A stretch of DNA of 64,000 nucleotides from an uncultured Chloroflexia bacterium (GCA_963701415.1 CAVPAH010000002.1:157085-221084), one strand, 5' to 3'; positions 24,282 through 34,964 are shown, counted from the first letter of the stretch. Notes: generated by a model not told the origin, from the sequence alone. Translations and numbers: made by a program.

Positions 24282-25781
24282 TCAGGCGCTCTCGATGACC
24301 GGCTTGGTTTCGCGTTCACGCGGCTTGCGGTTCAAGCCATGGCGAATTTCCCAGCGCCATGTGAGCAGGGAGGTGACCAGACCGATGGCGATGAGCACTG
24401 ATACGACCAGGAACTGGTCGTGCAGGGCAGCAGTGATGACTTGCGGCGATGCCTGTTCGAGGTTGACGGGTGCGCCGTTGTGGACTGCGAGGCTGTGATA
24501 GAAGAATGCTCCTAGAACGGCCACGCCAATCACCTGTCCCAGCGTGCGCATCGTGCTGAGCAGGGCCGAGGCGATACCTAGGCGGTTTTTCGGTGCGGCG
24601 CCCATGATGGCGCTGTTGTTCGGCGAGTTAAAGAGCGACATGCCGATCGCCACGGGCAGGAAACGCCATACATAGCCCATCGGCGAGCCGCTGTCGGGCA
24701 GCGTGGCCATCAATAGGTAGCCCACCAGGATAAAGACGAGCCCAAGCGTGCTCACAATGCGCGTGCCAAGGCGGTCGGAGAACGTGCCTGACATCGGCTG
24801 GAGCACGGCCATGATGAGCGGCACGATCGCCATATAGAGGCCTACCTGCAGTTCGGGCAGCTTGAGCACCAGCGATAGATAGAACGGCAGCAGCAGGACG
24901 ACGCCGGCCAGCGCCACAAATACGATGGTGCCGGTAAACAGGTTGAGGCTGAACTGCGCCTCCCGAAACAGGCTGAGGTCCAGCATCGGGAAGCGCACGT
25001 GCATCTCGAGCCAGACGAAGAGTGCGAGCAGCGCAGCGGCTGCCGCAAACAGGCCCAGAACATGGAGGGCCGTGAAGCCGTCATTTTGGCCCAGCGTGAT
25101 GCCCAGCGTGAGGCACAGCAAGCCAATGCCTAATGAGGCAGCGCCGGCGACGTCAAACGACTCACGATGTCCGCTGGGGCGCAGCGGCGGCACGAAGAGC
25201 ATGACCAGGGCAAAAGAGACGGCACCGATCGGCACGTTGACGAAAAAGATCCAGTGCCAGCTCAAGTACTGGAGCATGATGCCGCCGATGGCCGGACCAA
25301 AGACGATCCCCAGCGAAATGAAGCCGGCGGCAAAGCCGATCGCCTGCCCGCGCTTGTACGACGGCCAGACTTCCGTCAGGATCGCCGTGCCCAGCGCCAG
25401 CATCATGGCAGCGCCGATCGACTGCAGAAAGCGGCATGCTACCAGCACATAGATGTTCGGGGACAGTCCGCACAGCGCAGAACCAAGCAGAAAAAGCACG
25501 ATGCCGGTAGAGAAGACGCGTTTTTTGCCGATCATGTCGGCTAACCGACCCATGCTGACCATCAGCACGGTCAACCCCAAGAGGTAGGACAGCACCACCC
25601 ACTGCACGGCGGGAAAATCGGCGTTGAAATCCTGCATCAAGGTAGGCAGGGCAACGTTGACGATGCTGCCGTCCACACTGCCCAGGAAGAGGCAGAGACC
25701 GACGGCGATCAGCACCCACCACTCGCGGGCCGTGTCGTGCTGTGAAGATGGCTGGGGCGAAGTGTGTGTGGTGTTTTGCAT
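24282..25781 (-). CDS. MFS transporter, DHA2 (EmrB/QacA, 14-TMS) drug:H+ antiporter family
   Basis: Intact 499-aa ORF. LGSVDGSIVNVALPTLMQDF, GRLADMIGKKRVF, and 14 hydrophobic segments by eye. Confidence 0.9.
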   Translation of the reverse strand: MQNTTHTSPQPSSQHDTAREWWVLIAVGLCLFLGSVDGSIVNVALPTLMQDFNADFPAVQWVVLSYLLGLTVLMVSMGRLADMIGKKRVFSTGIVLFLLGSALCGLSPNIYVLVACRFLQSIGAAMMLALGTAILTEVWPSYKRGQAIGFAAGFISLGIVFGPAIGGIMLQYLSWHWIFFVNVPIGAVSFALVMLFVPPLRPSGHRESFDVAGAASLGIGLLCLTLGITLGQNDGFTALHVLGLFAAAAALLALFVWLEMHVRFPMLDLSLFREAQFSLNLFTGTIVFVALAGVVLLLPFYLSLVLKLPELQVGLYMAIVPLIMAVLQPMSGTFSDRLGTRIVSTLGLVFILVGYLLMATLPDSGSPMGYVWRFLPVAIGMSLFNSPNNSAIMGAAPKNRLGIASALLSTMRTLGQVIGVAVLGAFFYHSLAVHNGAPVNLEQASPQVITAALHDQFLVVSVLIAIGLVTSLLTWRWEIRHGLNRKPRERETKPVIESA

Positions 25782-25945
25782 CAGGCGATTGTAGCACGAG
25801 GGCGCGGGCGCAAGCTAGCATGCGATACCGCCACTCGCCATGACGCCCCGGCGGCCACGTGGGGTGTATTATACGTATGCACACCACGTGCAAGGTACGA
25901 CGCTGCGCTCCAGGCCTTTCTCGATCGGCAATAGCCGCACCAGCT

Positions 25946-27166
25946 ATGAACAATTACCGCGTCCTCTTGGTTACCAACAGCATCTCCTTTGGCACGGCGG
26001 GTATCTACCTGCCGCTGATGACGCTCTACCTGCAGGGGTTGGGAGCGGATCTGGCGTTGATTTCGATCATTCTGACGACCAGCGCGATCGTGGGGCTGGC
26101 GGGCAGCTATGTCTGGGGCCGGCTGGCGGACCGCGTGGGGCGGCGCAAGCCGTTTTATGTCGGCGGCCTGGCGGCGGCAGCGCTCGGGTACGTGTGGCTG
26201 AGCCAGGCGAACAGCGTCGGGATGGCGTGGTCTGCACGCCTGTGGGACGGGCTGAGTGGGGCGGCGGTGATGACGGTAGGGCTCACGATGCTTGGCGATT
26301 CCTTGGCGGCGTCGCCAAACAAGGGGCGCAGCATGGGGCTGGTGCGCGGGTCGGCGTCGCTGGTGTGGGCGTTGGGGGCATTTGCCGGCGGCCGGATCGC
26401 CGACGCGTTCTCGCTGCCGACGGCGTTCCTGCTCTGCAGTGGCATGTTTGCAGTTTCGGCCCTGATCGCACTGCTGCTGTTGCAGGAGACCCCAGTGGCT
26501 GCGCCCCTTGCTCCTGTTTCGACCATGGAACAGGTCAAAACTGCGACAGGACCGGCGGTCAAGCCGCGGATCGGGCTGCCGGTCCTGTTTCTTGCCGGTG
26601 TGGTGCTGTGGGGGGCGACGGACATGGCGTCGAGCACGATGTGGCCGAACTACCTGGGGTCACTTGGCTACAGCAAGACGACGATCAGCAGTCTCTTTTC
26701 GCTGGCGGCGTTTGTTGAGATGCCGGCCATGGTGGTATTCGGTTCGCTGTCGGACATCGTGGGCCGGACGATCATGCTGGCGGCGGGCGGGTTTGTGTTT
26801 GCGCTGGTGCAGGCCAGCTATATCTTTTTTGTGCAGAACCTGCCGGTCCTGTTGGGCATCCAGGTGGTGCGCGGGCTTGGCTTTGGCAGCTACACCGCGT
26901 CGGCAATGACCTTTGCGACCGAGCAGGGCGGGCACGATGACCGGGGCAGCAACAGCGGTCTGTTCAACGCCATGTCGAGCGCCGGGATGCTGACCGGCAC
27001 GATGCTCGGCGGCACGGTGGCGCAGGCGTTTGGCTTTACGACGCTGTACGCGCTCTGTGCTGTGATGGCCACCGGGGCGGGGGCCTGTTTCCTGGCGCTG
27101 CGGCACCAGAGAACGCAGGCGGGGCAGGCGCCGGCGACAGGAACCGAGCCGGAGGCAAACGCATAG
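25946..27166 (+). CDS. MFS transporter (12-TMS type)
   Basis: ORF 25859-27166 trimmed to ATG 25946 (MNNYRVLLVTNSISFG). GRLADRVGRRKPF is MFS motif A. Hydrophobic throughout. Confidence 0.85.
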   Translation: MNNYRVLLVTNSISFGTAGIYLPLMTLYLQGLGADLALISIILTTSAIVGLAGSYVWGRLADRVGRRKPFYVGGLAAAALGYVWLSQANSVGMAWSARLWDGLSGAAVMTVGLTMLGDSLAASPNKGRSMGLVRGSASLVWALGAFAGGRIADAFSLPTAFLLCSGMFAVSALIALLLLQETPVAAPLAPVSTMEQVKTATGPAVKPRIGLPVLFLAGVVLWGATDMASSTMWPNYLGSLGYSKTTISSLFSLAAFVEMPAMVVFGSLSDIVGRTIMLAAGGFVFALVQASYIFFVQNLPVLLGIQVVRGLGFGSYTASAMTFATEQGGHDDRGSNSGLFNAMSSAGMLTGTMLGGTVAQAFGFTTLYALCAVMATGAGACFLALRHQRTQAGQAPATGTEPEANA

Positions 27167-27216
27167 GTGGCGGTGTCTATCAAGGCAGTAGGCCGGGGAA
27201 TCCGCCGTTGGGCGAG

Positions 27217-28198
27217 TCAGCCCATTGTCCCGATATGGATTGCAGCCATTTCCAAGTATCTTTCATACTGTCGTTTAGCGTCTTCTAGCCAGCCACTAGA
27301 CCTTTCGACCAACCGAGCATCCAGTCCAAGCGGTACCTCGTAAAGATAGCGCGCCCAACGGACCACCCACCAAACCAGCATGATTGCAGTGTACGTCTGC
27401 ACACGCAGTGCGGTAGTTGAGTCACGGCGGCGTCGAGCATAGGCCATCACGAAGTGGTCCCAGCGTTGACGCGGCACTGCTGCGTAGGCCGGGTGCAGTG
27501 CAAGTTCACTCAGTTCGAAGACAGGATCACCCCATCCACTATATTCCCAATCAACCGAAGCCGATCCGTTGCCACAACACAGAAAGTTGCGCCAGTTGCC
27601 ATCCACACGAACCAGAGTGCGCGGCGGAGCCGGCCATTCCGATGGTGACCAGCCATCGAGCCACGTCAGGAGCTTGTGCAGCGATTGCGGCCACACCTCA
27701 TGCGGGAGCTTAGCCGCGTGTTCCTGCACGAGCATCTTGCCCGCTGTCCCGCTCGCGACATTGATATAGCCGTTGCGCAATGCAACGGTTGTGTGCTCCG
27801 GCGTTACAGAATGGATAGCGCGGTAATGATCAAGGAGTGCTGCCCAGTCGCTATCGGTTTCAGGCGGGCCGGTCAGCACCGAGCCATTGATCCAGCTTTG
27901 AACAACCACCGGCTGCCTGTAGTGTTCATAATCTATCCAGATTGGTTCAGGCGCTATGGCGAGTTGCGCCTGGCGCAGCACCGTAAGGGCAGCGTACTCG
28001 CGGCCTGCTCGATCGCGTTCATCTCGCACAGTGAACTTGACCGCGAAGTCGCCAGCTTCTCCCACGATGCGATACAACAGGTTATTGGCTCCGCCAGGCA
28101 CCGGCTCGATCTGCCAATCATGCCAAGTCGTGGGCCCTTGTGGCCGAACTGCATCAAGGAACTGTATAGGTTCAAAAAGTGGGTGTCGTTTGATCACA
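27217..28198 (-). CDS. Aminoglycoside/choline-kinase-type phosphotransferase (APH family)
   Basis: ORF 27217-28545. Its upstream 115 codons run through an extragenic palindrome and look non-coding. A GTG at 28198 (VIKRHPLFEP) gives a 327-aa product with IEPVPGGANNLLYRI, FAVKF, LVRVDGNWRNFL, VDWEYSGWGDPVFEL. The start is uncertain because there is no clear RBS. Confidence 0.7.
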
Positions 28199-28268
28199 GG
28201 TTGGCAGGTATATGGGATGGCGCCGTTTCCGCAGTCGCCGGCAAAGGTGAAGAATACCACAAGTCGCT

Positions 28269-28327
28269 GGAAGTGGGCGCCGACCGAAGGTCGGACACTT
28301 CCTGGAGGTGGGGGTACCTCCTGGAAG
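28269..28327. repeat. REP-like extragenic palindrome, copy A
   Basis: GGAAGTG-GGC-GCCGACC-GAA-GGTCGG-A-CACTTCC nested stems, followed by CTTCCTGGAGGT-GGGGGT-ACCTCCTGGAAG. Lies between the lipoprotein stop and the APH start. Confidence 0.7.
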
Positions 28328-28387
28328 CCCGCCACACCTTGTACCTGCAGCCGGTGCGGAAACTGGGCTTGGACGGCCAACGCCCGG

Positions 28388-29338
28388 TCAGGGGACGCCG
28401 GGCGTTGGGGGCGCAGCCCCCGCGCCCGCCGGCCGGATGATGACCCCCTCACTCTTGACAACCGGCCCATTGGGCTCACAGGGAAGGTCTGCGAGCCCCT
28501 CGGCCGGGGACACGGCATAGAAGATGCTGCTGCCCTCCAGGTCACCGGTGCCGTAACCTTGGTGAATCACAAAGAACCCACCGCCGGCCGTCGACACACC
28601 CTGGCCGGGGGCAACCCACGAGGCGCCTTGGAATGCATCGGGATATTGGGTGAGATTCACGGAGAAATACGGCTCGTGCGGCCCCTGCGTTACTTCGACC
28701 TCACTTCGCCCGGCGCTCATCGGTTCGTGGGAGATGACGACATTGCCGTCGGGACAGGCGATATCAAGGTCCGTAAACTCAGTCGCGGTAATGCCGGATC
28801 CGGGCTCTACCAGGTCTGACAGGATGACACCTTCGAGCTTGGCCGCCGGCCCCACCGGCGCACACGGGAGTTCGCCTACAGCTTCCGCCGGCGTTGCGAG
28901 CATGACAATGCGGCTGCCCGCCAGTTCGCCGGTGCCGTCACCGCTGTGGAACAATATGAACTTGCCGTCCGCAGTCTCAAAGCCCTGGCCGGGCGCGTAC
29001 CAGGTCGCGCCGGGGTAGGCGGCGGGGTGAAATGTCACATTCATCCTGAAGTACGGATCGCCTGCTTCCTGTGTGACTTCTAGCTCGCTGCTACCGGCGA
29101 TAAGCGGCGAATCAGACAGGACGATGTTGCCGTCGGGACAAGCAACATCGATCGCTGTGAACGCTACTGCGTTTTGCGGGCTGTCTTCCATCAGGGCTTG
29201 CCCGTCGATCTCCCGTGCCGGCGGAGCCACAACCGGCCGGCAGGCACTTGCCAGCAGTGCGGCAAGCAGCACAAGCGGCAGCACAAGCGGCTGCATCGTC
29301 CAACTCATCTTTGATTTAGCGCCATGTCGATACACCAT
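28388..29338 (-). CDS. Lipoprotein with two tandem copies of an unrecognised two-Cys domain of about 115 aa
   Basis: ATG 29338 is preceded by GGAGGAG. Signal plus lipobox LVLLAALLASAC. Repeat 1 is IDVACPDGNIVLSDSPLIAGSSELEVTQEAGDPYF...GELPCAPVGPAAKLEGVI. Repeat 2 is LDIACPDGNVVISHEPMSAGRSEVEVTQGPHEPYF...ADLPCEPNGPVVKSEGVI. Confidence 0.8.
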   Translation of the reverse strand: MVYRHGAKSKMSWTMQPLVLPLVLLAALLASACRPVVAPPAREIDGQALMEDSPQNAVAFTAIDVACPDGNIVLSDSPLIAGSSELEVTQEAGDPYFRMNVTFHPAAYPGATWYAPGQGFETADGKFILFHSGDGTGELAGSRIVMLATPAEAVGELPCAPVGPAAKLEGVILSDLVEPGSGITATEFTDLDIACPDGNVVISHEPMSAGRSEVEVTQGPHEPYFSVNLTQYPDAFQGASWVAPGQGVSTAGGGFFVIHQGYGTGDLEGSSIFYAVSPAEGLADLPCEPNGPVVKSEGVIIRPAGAGAAPPTPGVP

Positions 29339-29550
29339 TCTGTTCTCCTCCTGCTCACGCATACGCAATGACTGTATTGCAGGGTATAGGCTACGGGCCG
29401 CCCGTAATGAAAACGTGATGAAGGCGCGGCGGTAGCGCGATGGATGTGCGATGAGCCCCAAAACGCGATTGTTCGCAGACGGCAAGTGTGCTACATTGCG
29501 CCTGCTCGAAGATATGGCTTGAAATGCTGGCAGCATCACTGGATCTTGCG

Positions 29551-32500
29551 ATGCCTCATTTGACGATTTCCCTGTTCGGACCGGTCGTCGTGAAGCTGGA
29601 TAGTGCTACGGTTTCCGGTTTCACGTCCAAGAAGGCACAGGCATTGCTGACCTACCTGGCGGTGGAGGCAGGCAGGCCCCACAGCCGCGAAGAGTTGGCG
29701 GGACTGCTGTGGCCTGACTACCCCGACGCCGCGGCACGCACCAGCTTGCGCAGTGTGCTGGCCAACGTGCGCCGCGTGGTCGGCGACCGGTATGCCACAC
29801 CGCCTTTTCTGGCGGTTGCGGGGGAGACGATGCAGTTCAACCGGGACAGCAACCACTACCTGGATGTCGCGGTGTTTGACCGGCTGCCGCCGGGCGGCTG
29901 GGGAGACACCCAAGCTGTCGACCTGCTCGAGACGGCAGTCGCCGCAGTGAAGGGCCCGTTTTTGGCGGGCTTCTCGCTGGCCGACAGCCCGCCATTTGAG
30001 GAATGGATGCTGATCAAGCGCGAGTTTTTCGGCCGGCAGCTTGCAGCCGCACGGCAGCAGTTGGCCTGCTATTGGCTCGCACAGGGCGCGTGTGCACGGG
30101 CACTAGCGCATGCGGAACGCTGGGCGGCGCTGGAACCCTGGCAGGAAGAGGCCCATCAGCTTGTCATGCGCATCCTGGCGCAGGACGGCAGGCGCGGCGA
30201 TGCCCTACGCCATTTCGACAGCTGCTGCCGTATTTTGCGCGCGGAAGTGGGGCTCGGACCCAGTGAAGCGACGATTGCCCTGGCAGAAGAGATCCGCCGG
30301 GGAGCGCCGGCACCCACCAGCCTGCCAGAGCGGGTTGGGCCCGGACGTATGACATCAAAGCATCTTCCTCTCCCGCTGACCCCGTTCGTTGGGCGTGATG
30401 TGGAAGTCCGGCAGGTTGCCGGTCTGTTGTCCGATCCCAAGCAGAGGCTGATTACCATTGTAGGGCCGGGCGGAATGGGCAAGACCCACCTGGCGATGGT
30501 TGTGGCCGGCGACTTGAGCCGCCAGTTTGCCGACGGCGCCGCTGTGGTTGCGTTGGCGCCGCTGCAGATGGCAGACGAGATCGTGACCACCATCGCCGAG
30601 GCCCTTGGTTTCCAATTCTATGAGGTCGCGCCACCTGAGCAGCAGCTGCTGGATTATCTTCGTGATAAGCACCTGCTGCTGGTAATGGACAACTGTGAGC
30701 ATCTGCCTGCCGCTCGAGGGGTACTGGAGCGCATGCTGGCCGCCGCACCGCGGCTGAAGATCCTAGCTACCTCCCGCACCCGGCTTCATACCCCGTACGA
30801 ACAGCTGTTTCCCGTGGCGGGCCTCGCCTTTCCTCGTCCGGGCGAGACTGCCGACTCGACATCGTATGCGTCCTATGCCGCCATCGCCCTATTTGTGCAG
30901 AGTGTGCAGCGTTTGCGCCCCGATTTTGTACCCTTGGTCGGCGCCCCCGACCTAGACGACATCGCCCACATCTGTGCGCTGCTGGCGGGTATGCCGCTCG
31001 GCATTCTACTCGCCTCCGCCTGGACGGAAGTTCTCAGCCTGCGCGAGATCGCACATGAAATTGCACGCGACTTTCAGTTCCTCCACTCGGCGGGTGACGG
31101 GTTGCCCGCACGCCACCAGAGCCTTGTTATCGTCTTTCGGCAGTCGTGGCAGCTGCTCACGGCCGCCGAACAACTTGCGTTCCGGCGCATCTCCGTCTTT
31201 CGCGGCGGCTTTACGCGTGCGGCGGCGGAAGCGATTGCAGGCGCGGAACCGGCACAGCTGCTGGGCCTGGCCCAAAAATACTTCCTGCAGGCGACGCCAG
31301 CCGGGCACGGGGCCGCGGCCGTGCGCTACGAGGTCCACGAGCTACTGCGCCAGTTTGCCGCTCACGAACTCAGCCGGCAACTTGAAGACGAGTGCGCGAC
31401 GCGGCAGCGCCACTGCGCACATTACTTGGCGGTGGCGGAGCGGTGCGGAGAGGAGCTGAAGGGCAGCCGCCAGTTGGCGGCACTCGACACGCTGGAGTCA
31501 GACGCGGGCAACGTGCGTGCGGCCTGGCAGTGGGCGTGCGAAGAGCGACGGCATGACCTGCTGGCCCAGGCGGTTACGGGTTTGGGTTTGTTCTACGAAT
31601 GGCGCGGATATTACCAGGAGGGTGAAGCCAATTGTCGAGAGGCCTTGCAACGCATCGCCGGAGAAGCTACGTCCGCCAGCTGCAGGCCGGCGGTGAAGCT
31701 CCTTTACTGGCAAGCGCGTTTCAGACGCTACTTGGGTGACCGCAGGAGCGGCATACAGCTGGCGCAGCGCGGCCTGGATCTTCTTAAGAGCCTGGTCGTG
31801 GCCCACCAGGACGTGCGCGCAGAACGCGCGGCACTCATGCTCGAACTGGGAGAACTTTCGGTGGACTATGCGCAAGGCCAGCAGCTGTTCGAACATGGCC
31901 TGGCGCTGGCCAAGTCAGTTGGTGATCCCTGGCGCACAGCCCAGGCGTCCTGCTTGCTTGGGCACCGGCTTGCCAATGCGCCGGGGTCTGATAAACAAGG
32001 TCAAGAACTCTTAGAGGAGAGTCTGCGGCTGTACCAGGAGCTTGGCGACAGGCGCAGAACGCTTGGTGTCCTGAAGATCATTGGTTTCAGTGCTGTGCTG
32101 CGTGGTGACCATATCCGCGGCGAGTTGCTGTTGCGAGAGAGCCTGGCTATTGCACAAGAGATGCCCGGTGACATCGAGACATTGGAATGCATGCATTTGT
32201 TGGCACATGGACTGGTGATTTGTGGTAAGTATACCGAAGCGTGCTCGATTGCCGATGAGGGTATGCTGCGCTGCCAGGTGCTGGGCCACCGGCCATGGCT
32301 GGCTCGCGCACATGGTCTAACAACAAATGCAGAGCTGGGTATCGGCCGGTATGACAGCGCGTATCAGCAAGGGCTGCTTGCCCTGCAAGCGGCTGAGGAC
32401 ATCGGCGATCCTGTGTTGGCAAGCTTTGCACTGTGGCGGCTGGGCGACGTCAAGCTTGCGCAAGGACAATGTGCAGAAGCAGGCGCCCTGCTGCAACGAT

Positions 32501-32922
32501 CCATTGAGATCCATCGGCGGCTGCAAATTCATGGCAGAATGCAGGATGTCCTGGCGAGCGAGGGCTACGCCGCCTACGCACTAGGGCAAAGCCACGAGGT
32601 ACGCCGCTGTCTCGTCGAAGCGCTGGAGATGGCATTGTGCGGCCGGCTCTGGTTCACAGCCATTCGTGCGCTGCCGTTGGCGGCGTTGTATGCCATCAGT
32701 CGCGGGCAAACAGAAGCGGCAGTGGAATTGTACGCCCTGGCTTCGTCCATGCAGCACATTGCCCATTCAGCCTGGTTTGCGGATGTAGCCGGGCGTCGGG
32801 TGGCAGAGGCGGCACGGGTGCTGCCGGTCGCCGCAGTTTGCGCCGCGCAGGCACGCGGACGAACATGCGAACTGTGGCAGACGATAGAGGAAGTGCTGGA
32901 ATCGCTGCTGCAGGACGCGTAG
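29551..32922 (+). CDS. SARP/BTAD-family transcriptional regulator fused to an NB-ARC-type P-loop ATPase and TPR array (AfsR-like STAND protein)
   Basis: Intact ORF; start MPHLTISLFGPVVV at 29551. Winged-helix/BTAD region: KKAQALLTYLAVEAGRPHSREELAGLLWPD, EEAHQLVMRILAQDGRRGDALRHFDSCCRILRAEVG. Walker A IVGPGGMGKTHLA, Walker B LLLVMDNCEH, then a helical-repeat tail of about 550 aa. Confidence 0.88.
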   Translation: MPHLTISLFGPVVVKLDSATVSGFTSKKAQALLTYLAVEAGRPHSREELAGLLWPDYPDAAARTSLRSVLANVRRVVGDRYATPPFLAVAGETMQFNRDSNHYLDVAVFDRLPPGGWGDTQAVDLLETAVAAVKGPFLAGFSLADSPPFEEWMLIKREFFGRQLAAARQQLACYWLAQGACARALAHAERWAALEPWQEEAHQLVMRILAQDGRRGDALRHFDSCCRILRAEVGLGPSEATIALAEEIRRGAPAPTSLPERVGPGRMTSKHLPLPLTPFVGRDVEVRQVAGLLSDPKQRLITIVGPGGMGKTHLAMVVAGDLSRQFADGAAVVALAPLQMADEIVTTIAEALGFQFYEVAPPEQQLLDYLRDKHLLLVMDNCEHLPAARGVLERMLAAAPRLKILATSRTRLHTPYEQLFPVAGLAFPRPGETADSTSYASYAAIALFVQSVQRLRPDFVPLVGAPDLDDIAHICALLAGMPLGILLASAWTEVLSLREIAHEIARDFQFLHSAGDGLPARHQSLVIVFRQSWQLLTAAEQLAFRRISVFRGGFTRAAAEAIAGAEPAQLLGLAQKYFLQATPAGHGAAAVRYEVHELLRQFAAHELSRQLEDECATRQRHCAHYLAVAERCGEELKGSRQLAALDTLESDAGNVRAAWQWACEERRHDLLAQAVTGLGLFYEWRGYYQEGEANCREALQRIAGEATSASCRPAVKLLYWQARFRRYLGDRRSGIQLAQRGLDLLKSLVVAHQDVRAERAALMLELGELSVDYAQGQQLFEHGLALAKSVGDPWRTAQASCLLGHRLANAPGSDKQGQELLEESLRLYQELGDRRRTLGVLKIIGFSAVLRGDHIRGELLLRESLAIAQEMPGDIETLECMHLLAHGLVICGKYTEACSIADEGMLRCQVLGHRPWLARAHGLTTNAELGIGRYDSAYQQGLLALQAAEDIGDPVLASFALWRLGDVKLAQGQCAEAGALLQRSIEIHRRLQIHGRMQDVLASEGYAAYALGQSHEVRRCLVEALEMALCGRLWFTAIRALPLAALYAISRGQTEAAVELYALASSMQHIAHSAWFADVAGRRVAEAARVLPVAAVCAAQARGRTCELWQTIEEVLESLLQDA

Positions 32923-33045
32923 CTAGCGGCTGTGTGCCGCCGATCTTGAAACAGGGTCAAGGTGCTTCCAGGCGGTGGGATTATCTCCTGAAGGGGGCAG
33001 CGTACCGGGGCCTGTTATACCACACTATATATCTACAGAGCGGCT

Positions 33046-34035
33046 TTACAGGACGAGGGCAACACTGCCTGCTTTCTGCCCAGTCTCCACGTAGCGGTGG
33101 GCCGCCGCCGCCTGCGCCAGCGGGTAGGTACGGTCGATGACTGGCTTGATCGTGCCCGCCGCAGCCAGTTCTGCGAGCAGAAGGAGATCGCCGCTCCGCG
33201 AGTCGGACGTCGCAAAGATGACCTGCTTGTCGCTCGTTTTCGTCGCCCACCACCCGCGCACCATTGTCGCCACCCTTGGGTTGCCGAGCAGGTAGCGGCC
33301 GTGGGGCTTGAGCACCTGCAAGCTGCGGGAGAAGGGGCTCTTGCCTACCACGTCAAAGATGATGTCGTACACCTCGCCCCGGCGGGTGAAGTCCTCCTGC
33401 GAATAATCGACGACGTGGTCGGCCCCCAACTTGCGCAGCATGGCGAGTTTGCCGGTGCTGTCCACAGCCGTCACCTCAGCGCCGTAGTGCTTTGCCAGCT
33501 GCAGTGCCAGCGTGCCGATACTGCCGCCGGCGCCGTTAATCAAGAGGGATTCGCCCGGGCGCACGTCGGCCCGGCGCAGGAAGTGCAGCGCTTCCAGACC
33601 GCCCACGGGCAGGGTGGCAGCTTCAGCATAGCTGAGGTTGGCCGGCTTCAAGGCCAGCGTCGCAGTCCCGCCAGCCGAATCAGCGACGGGCAGGCAGGTG
33701 TACTCGGCGTAGGCGCCAAAGCCAAAGCCGGTGGCCGCCATCACCTGGTCGCCTACCGCAAATTCCGTCACGGCACGCCCCACCGCGGCGACCTTACCGG
33801 CAAGCTCCTGGCCGAGGATCGTGACCCGGCGTGGCCGTAGCAGGCCGACGTACAGCCGCATGGGTAGCGACAGGCCCAGCGGCAGCTGCAGCCTGCGCAT
33901 CTCACAATCGCCGGCCGTGACGCCGGTGGCATGGATCTTGATCAGCACCTCACCGTCCTTGGGTGTGGGTACGGCCACTTCCTGCAGCTGCAGGACTTCG
34001 GGCGGCCCATAGTGCGTCCATACGATTGCCTTCAT
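33046..34035 (-). CDS. Zinc-type/MDR NAD(P)-dependent oxidoreductase (quinone oxidoreductase/alcohol dehydrogenase family)
   Basis: Start MKAIVWTHYGPPEVLQLQEV at 34035, with a G-rich RBS 8 nt upstream. GEVLIKIHATGVTAGD, LINGAGGSIGTLALQLAK is the Rossmann motif. Confidence 0.88.
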   Translation of the reverse strand: MKAIVWTHYGPPEVLQLQEVAVPTPKDGEVLIKIHATGVTAGDCEMRRLQLPLGLSLPMRLYVGLLRPRRVTILGQELAGKVAAVGRAVTEFAVGDQVMAATGFGFGAYAEYTCLPVADSAGGTATLALKPANLSYAEAATLPVGGLEALHFLRRADVRPGESLLINGAGGSIGTLALQLAKHYGAEVTAVDSTGKLAMLRKLGADHVVDYSQEDFTRRGEVYDIIFDVVGKSPFSRSLQVLKPHGRYLLGNPRVATMVRGWWATKTSDKQVIFATSDSRSGDLLLLAELAAAGTIKPVIDRTYPLAQAAAAHRYVETGQKAGSVALVL

Positions 34036-34188
34036 AGGCATTTCCCCCCTCGTGCGGCCTGTTACCCTCTGAATACGGCATCGCCGCACAGCCCCAATAT
34101 ACTCAGCCTCGGCGTTCTTGCCTAGACACTTTGGTGTGATTGGGGGCACCACCTGGAAGTAGGGGCAGGTCTAGTAAAAGGAGAGAAT

Positions 34189-34710
34189 ATGCGAACGCAG
34201 GCTGTACGCCCGAGGTACGCGTTATTCGTCGTTGTCGGGTTTCTTCTTGTCGGTGCCGTCGTGCTGGCTCTTGCAGCCGTGCTGCCGGCAGCTGCGGACG
34301 ATACGTATCATTCGCAGCACATTGATCTGGCTGCAGTGGGCGGCGCGCCGCTGCGGTCGAGGTTTGTGGAGAATATCCATGTCAATGGACCAAAGATTTA
34401 CGCCATGGAGCAATATGTGTTGAATGGTGCTGCGCCACTGACCAAATATCAGGTTACATTGTGGGGCTACGAGGCAGGATCTGGTTGCACGCCGAGCGAG
34501 TTAAATGGACTGCAACTGCCCCTCGCCATCCCTACTGCAGTGCTCACGACCAACGTCAGCGGCAATGGTGCGGCGGGTGCGCTGTTCACACCAGAAGAAG
34601 CGGCAGGTTTTAAGCAGTTAGCCACGACCTGGGACTTGCGCTGGACGCTGACGACTATAGATGGTGTTGAAAGCTACGCGAGCGGCTGTGTTTCCGTAAC
34701 GCTGGATTAA
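34189..34710 (+). CDS. Hypothetical secreted protein (173 aa)
   Basis: AAAGGAGAG RBS. N-terminal TM/signal segment YALFVVVGFLLVGAVVLALAAVLPAAA. No family recognised. Confidence 0.7.
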   Translation: MRTQAVRPRYALFVVVGFLLVGAVVLALAAVLPAAADDTYHSQHIDLAAVGGAPLRSRFVENIHVNGPKIYAMEQYVLNGAAPLTKYQVTLWGYEAGSGCTPSELNGLQLPLAIPTAVLTTNVSGNGAAGALFTPEEAAGFKQLATTWDLRWTLTTIDGVESYASGCVSVTLD

Positions 34711-34834
34711 CACGCGGGCTTGGCGGATCCGGGATCGATGCTTGACCCAAAGGTGGCGCAACTTGACTTGATGCCTTGTCGGCCACCCGGCAGCATCAAC
34801 CAGTGCAGTTATCGGCCGATGGACAGTGAAATCA

Positions 34835-34864
34835 CTTCCAGGAAGTAGTCTAACTTCCTGGAAG
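34835..34864. repeat. 12-bp-stem hairpin with a CTTCCNGGAAG core (terminator or REP-related)
   Basis: CTTCCAGGAAGT-AGTCTA-ACTTCCTGGAAG, a perfect inverted repeat in the 254-nt gap between two + strand genes. Confidence 0.6.
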
Positions 34865-34964
34865 GGGCCTTAGAATTCCTCTGGCGCCCAGGCCTCAACT
34901 GCGGTATAGTTGTGCCCCTAAACCACCAGCACGGATGTCCGAGCTAGCTAAAGGAGAATAGACG

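Noticed and set aside
27217-28545. Full 442-aa version of the APH-family ORF
   Set aside because: The first 115 or so codons are Arg/Pro/Ser-rich, traverse REP-like copy A and overlap the upstream gene end. The kinase-fold homology begins near GTG 28198.
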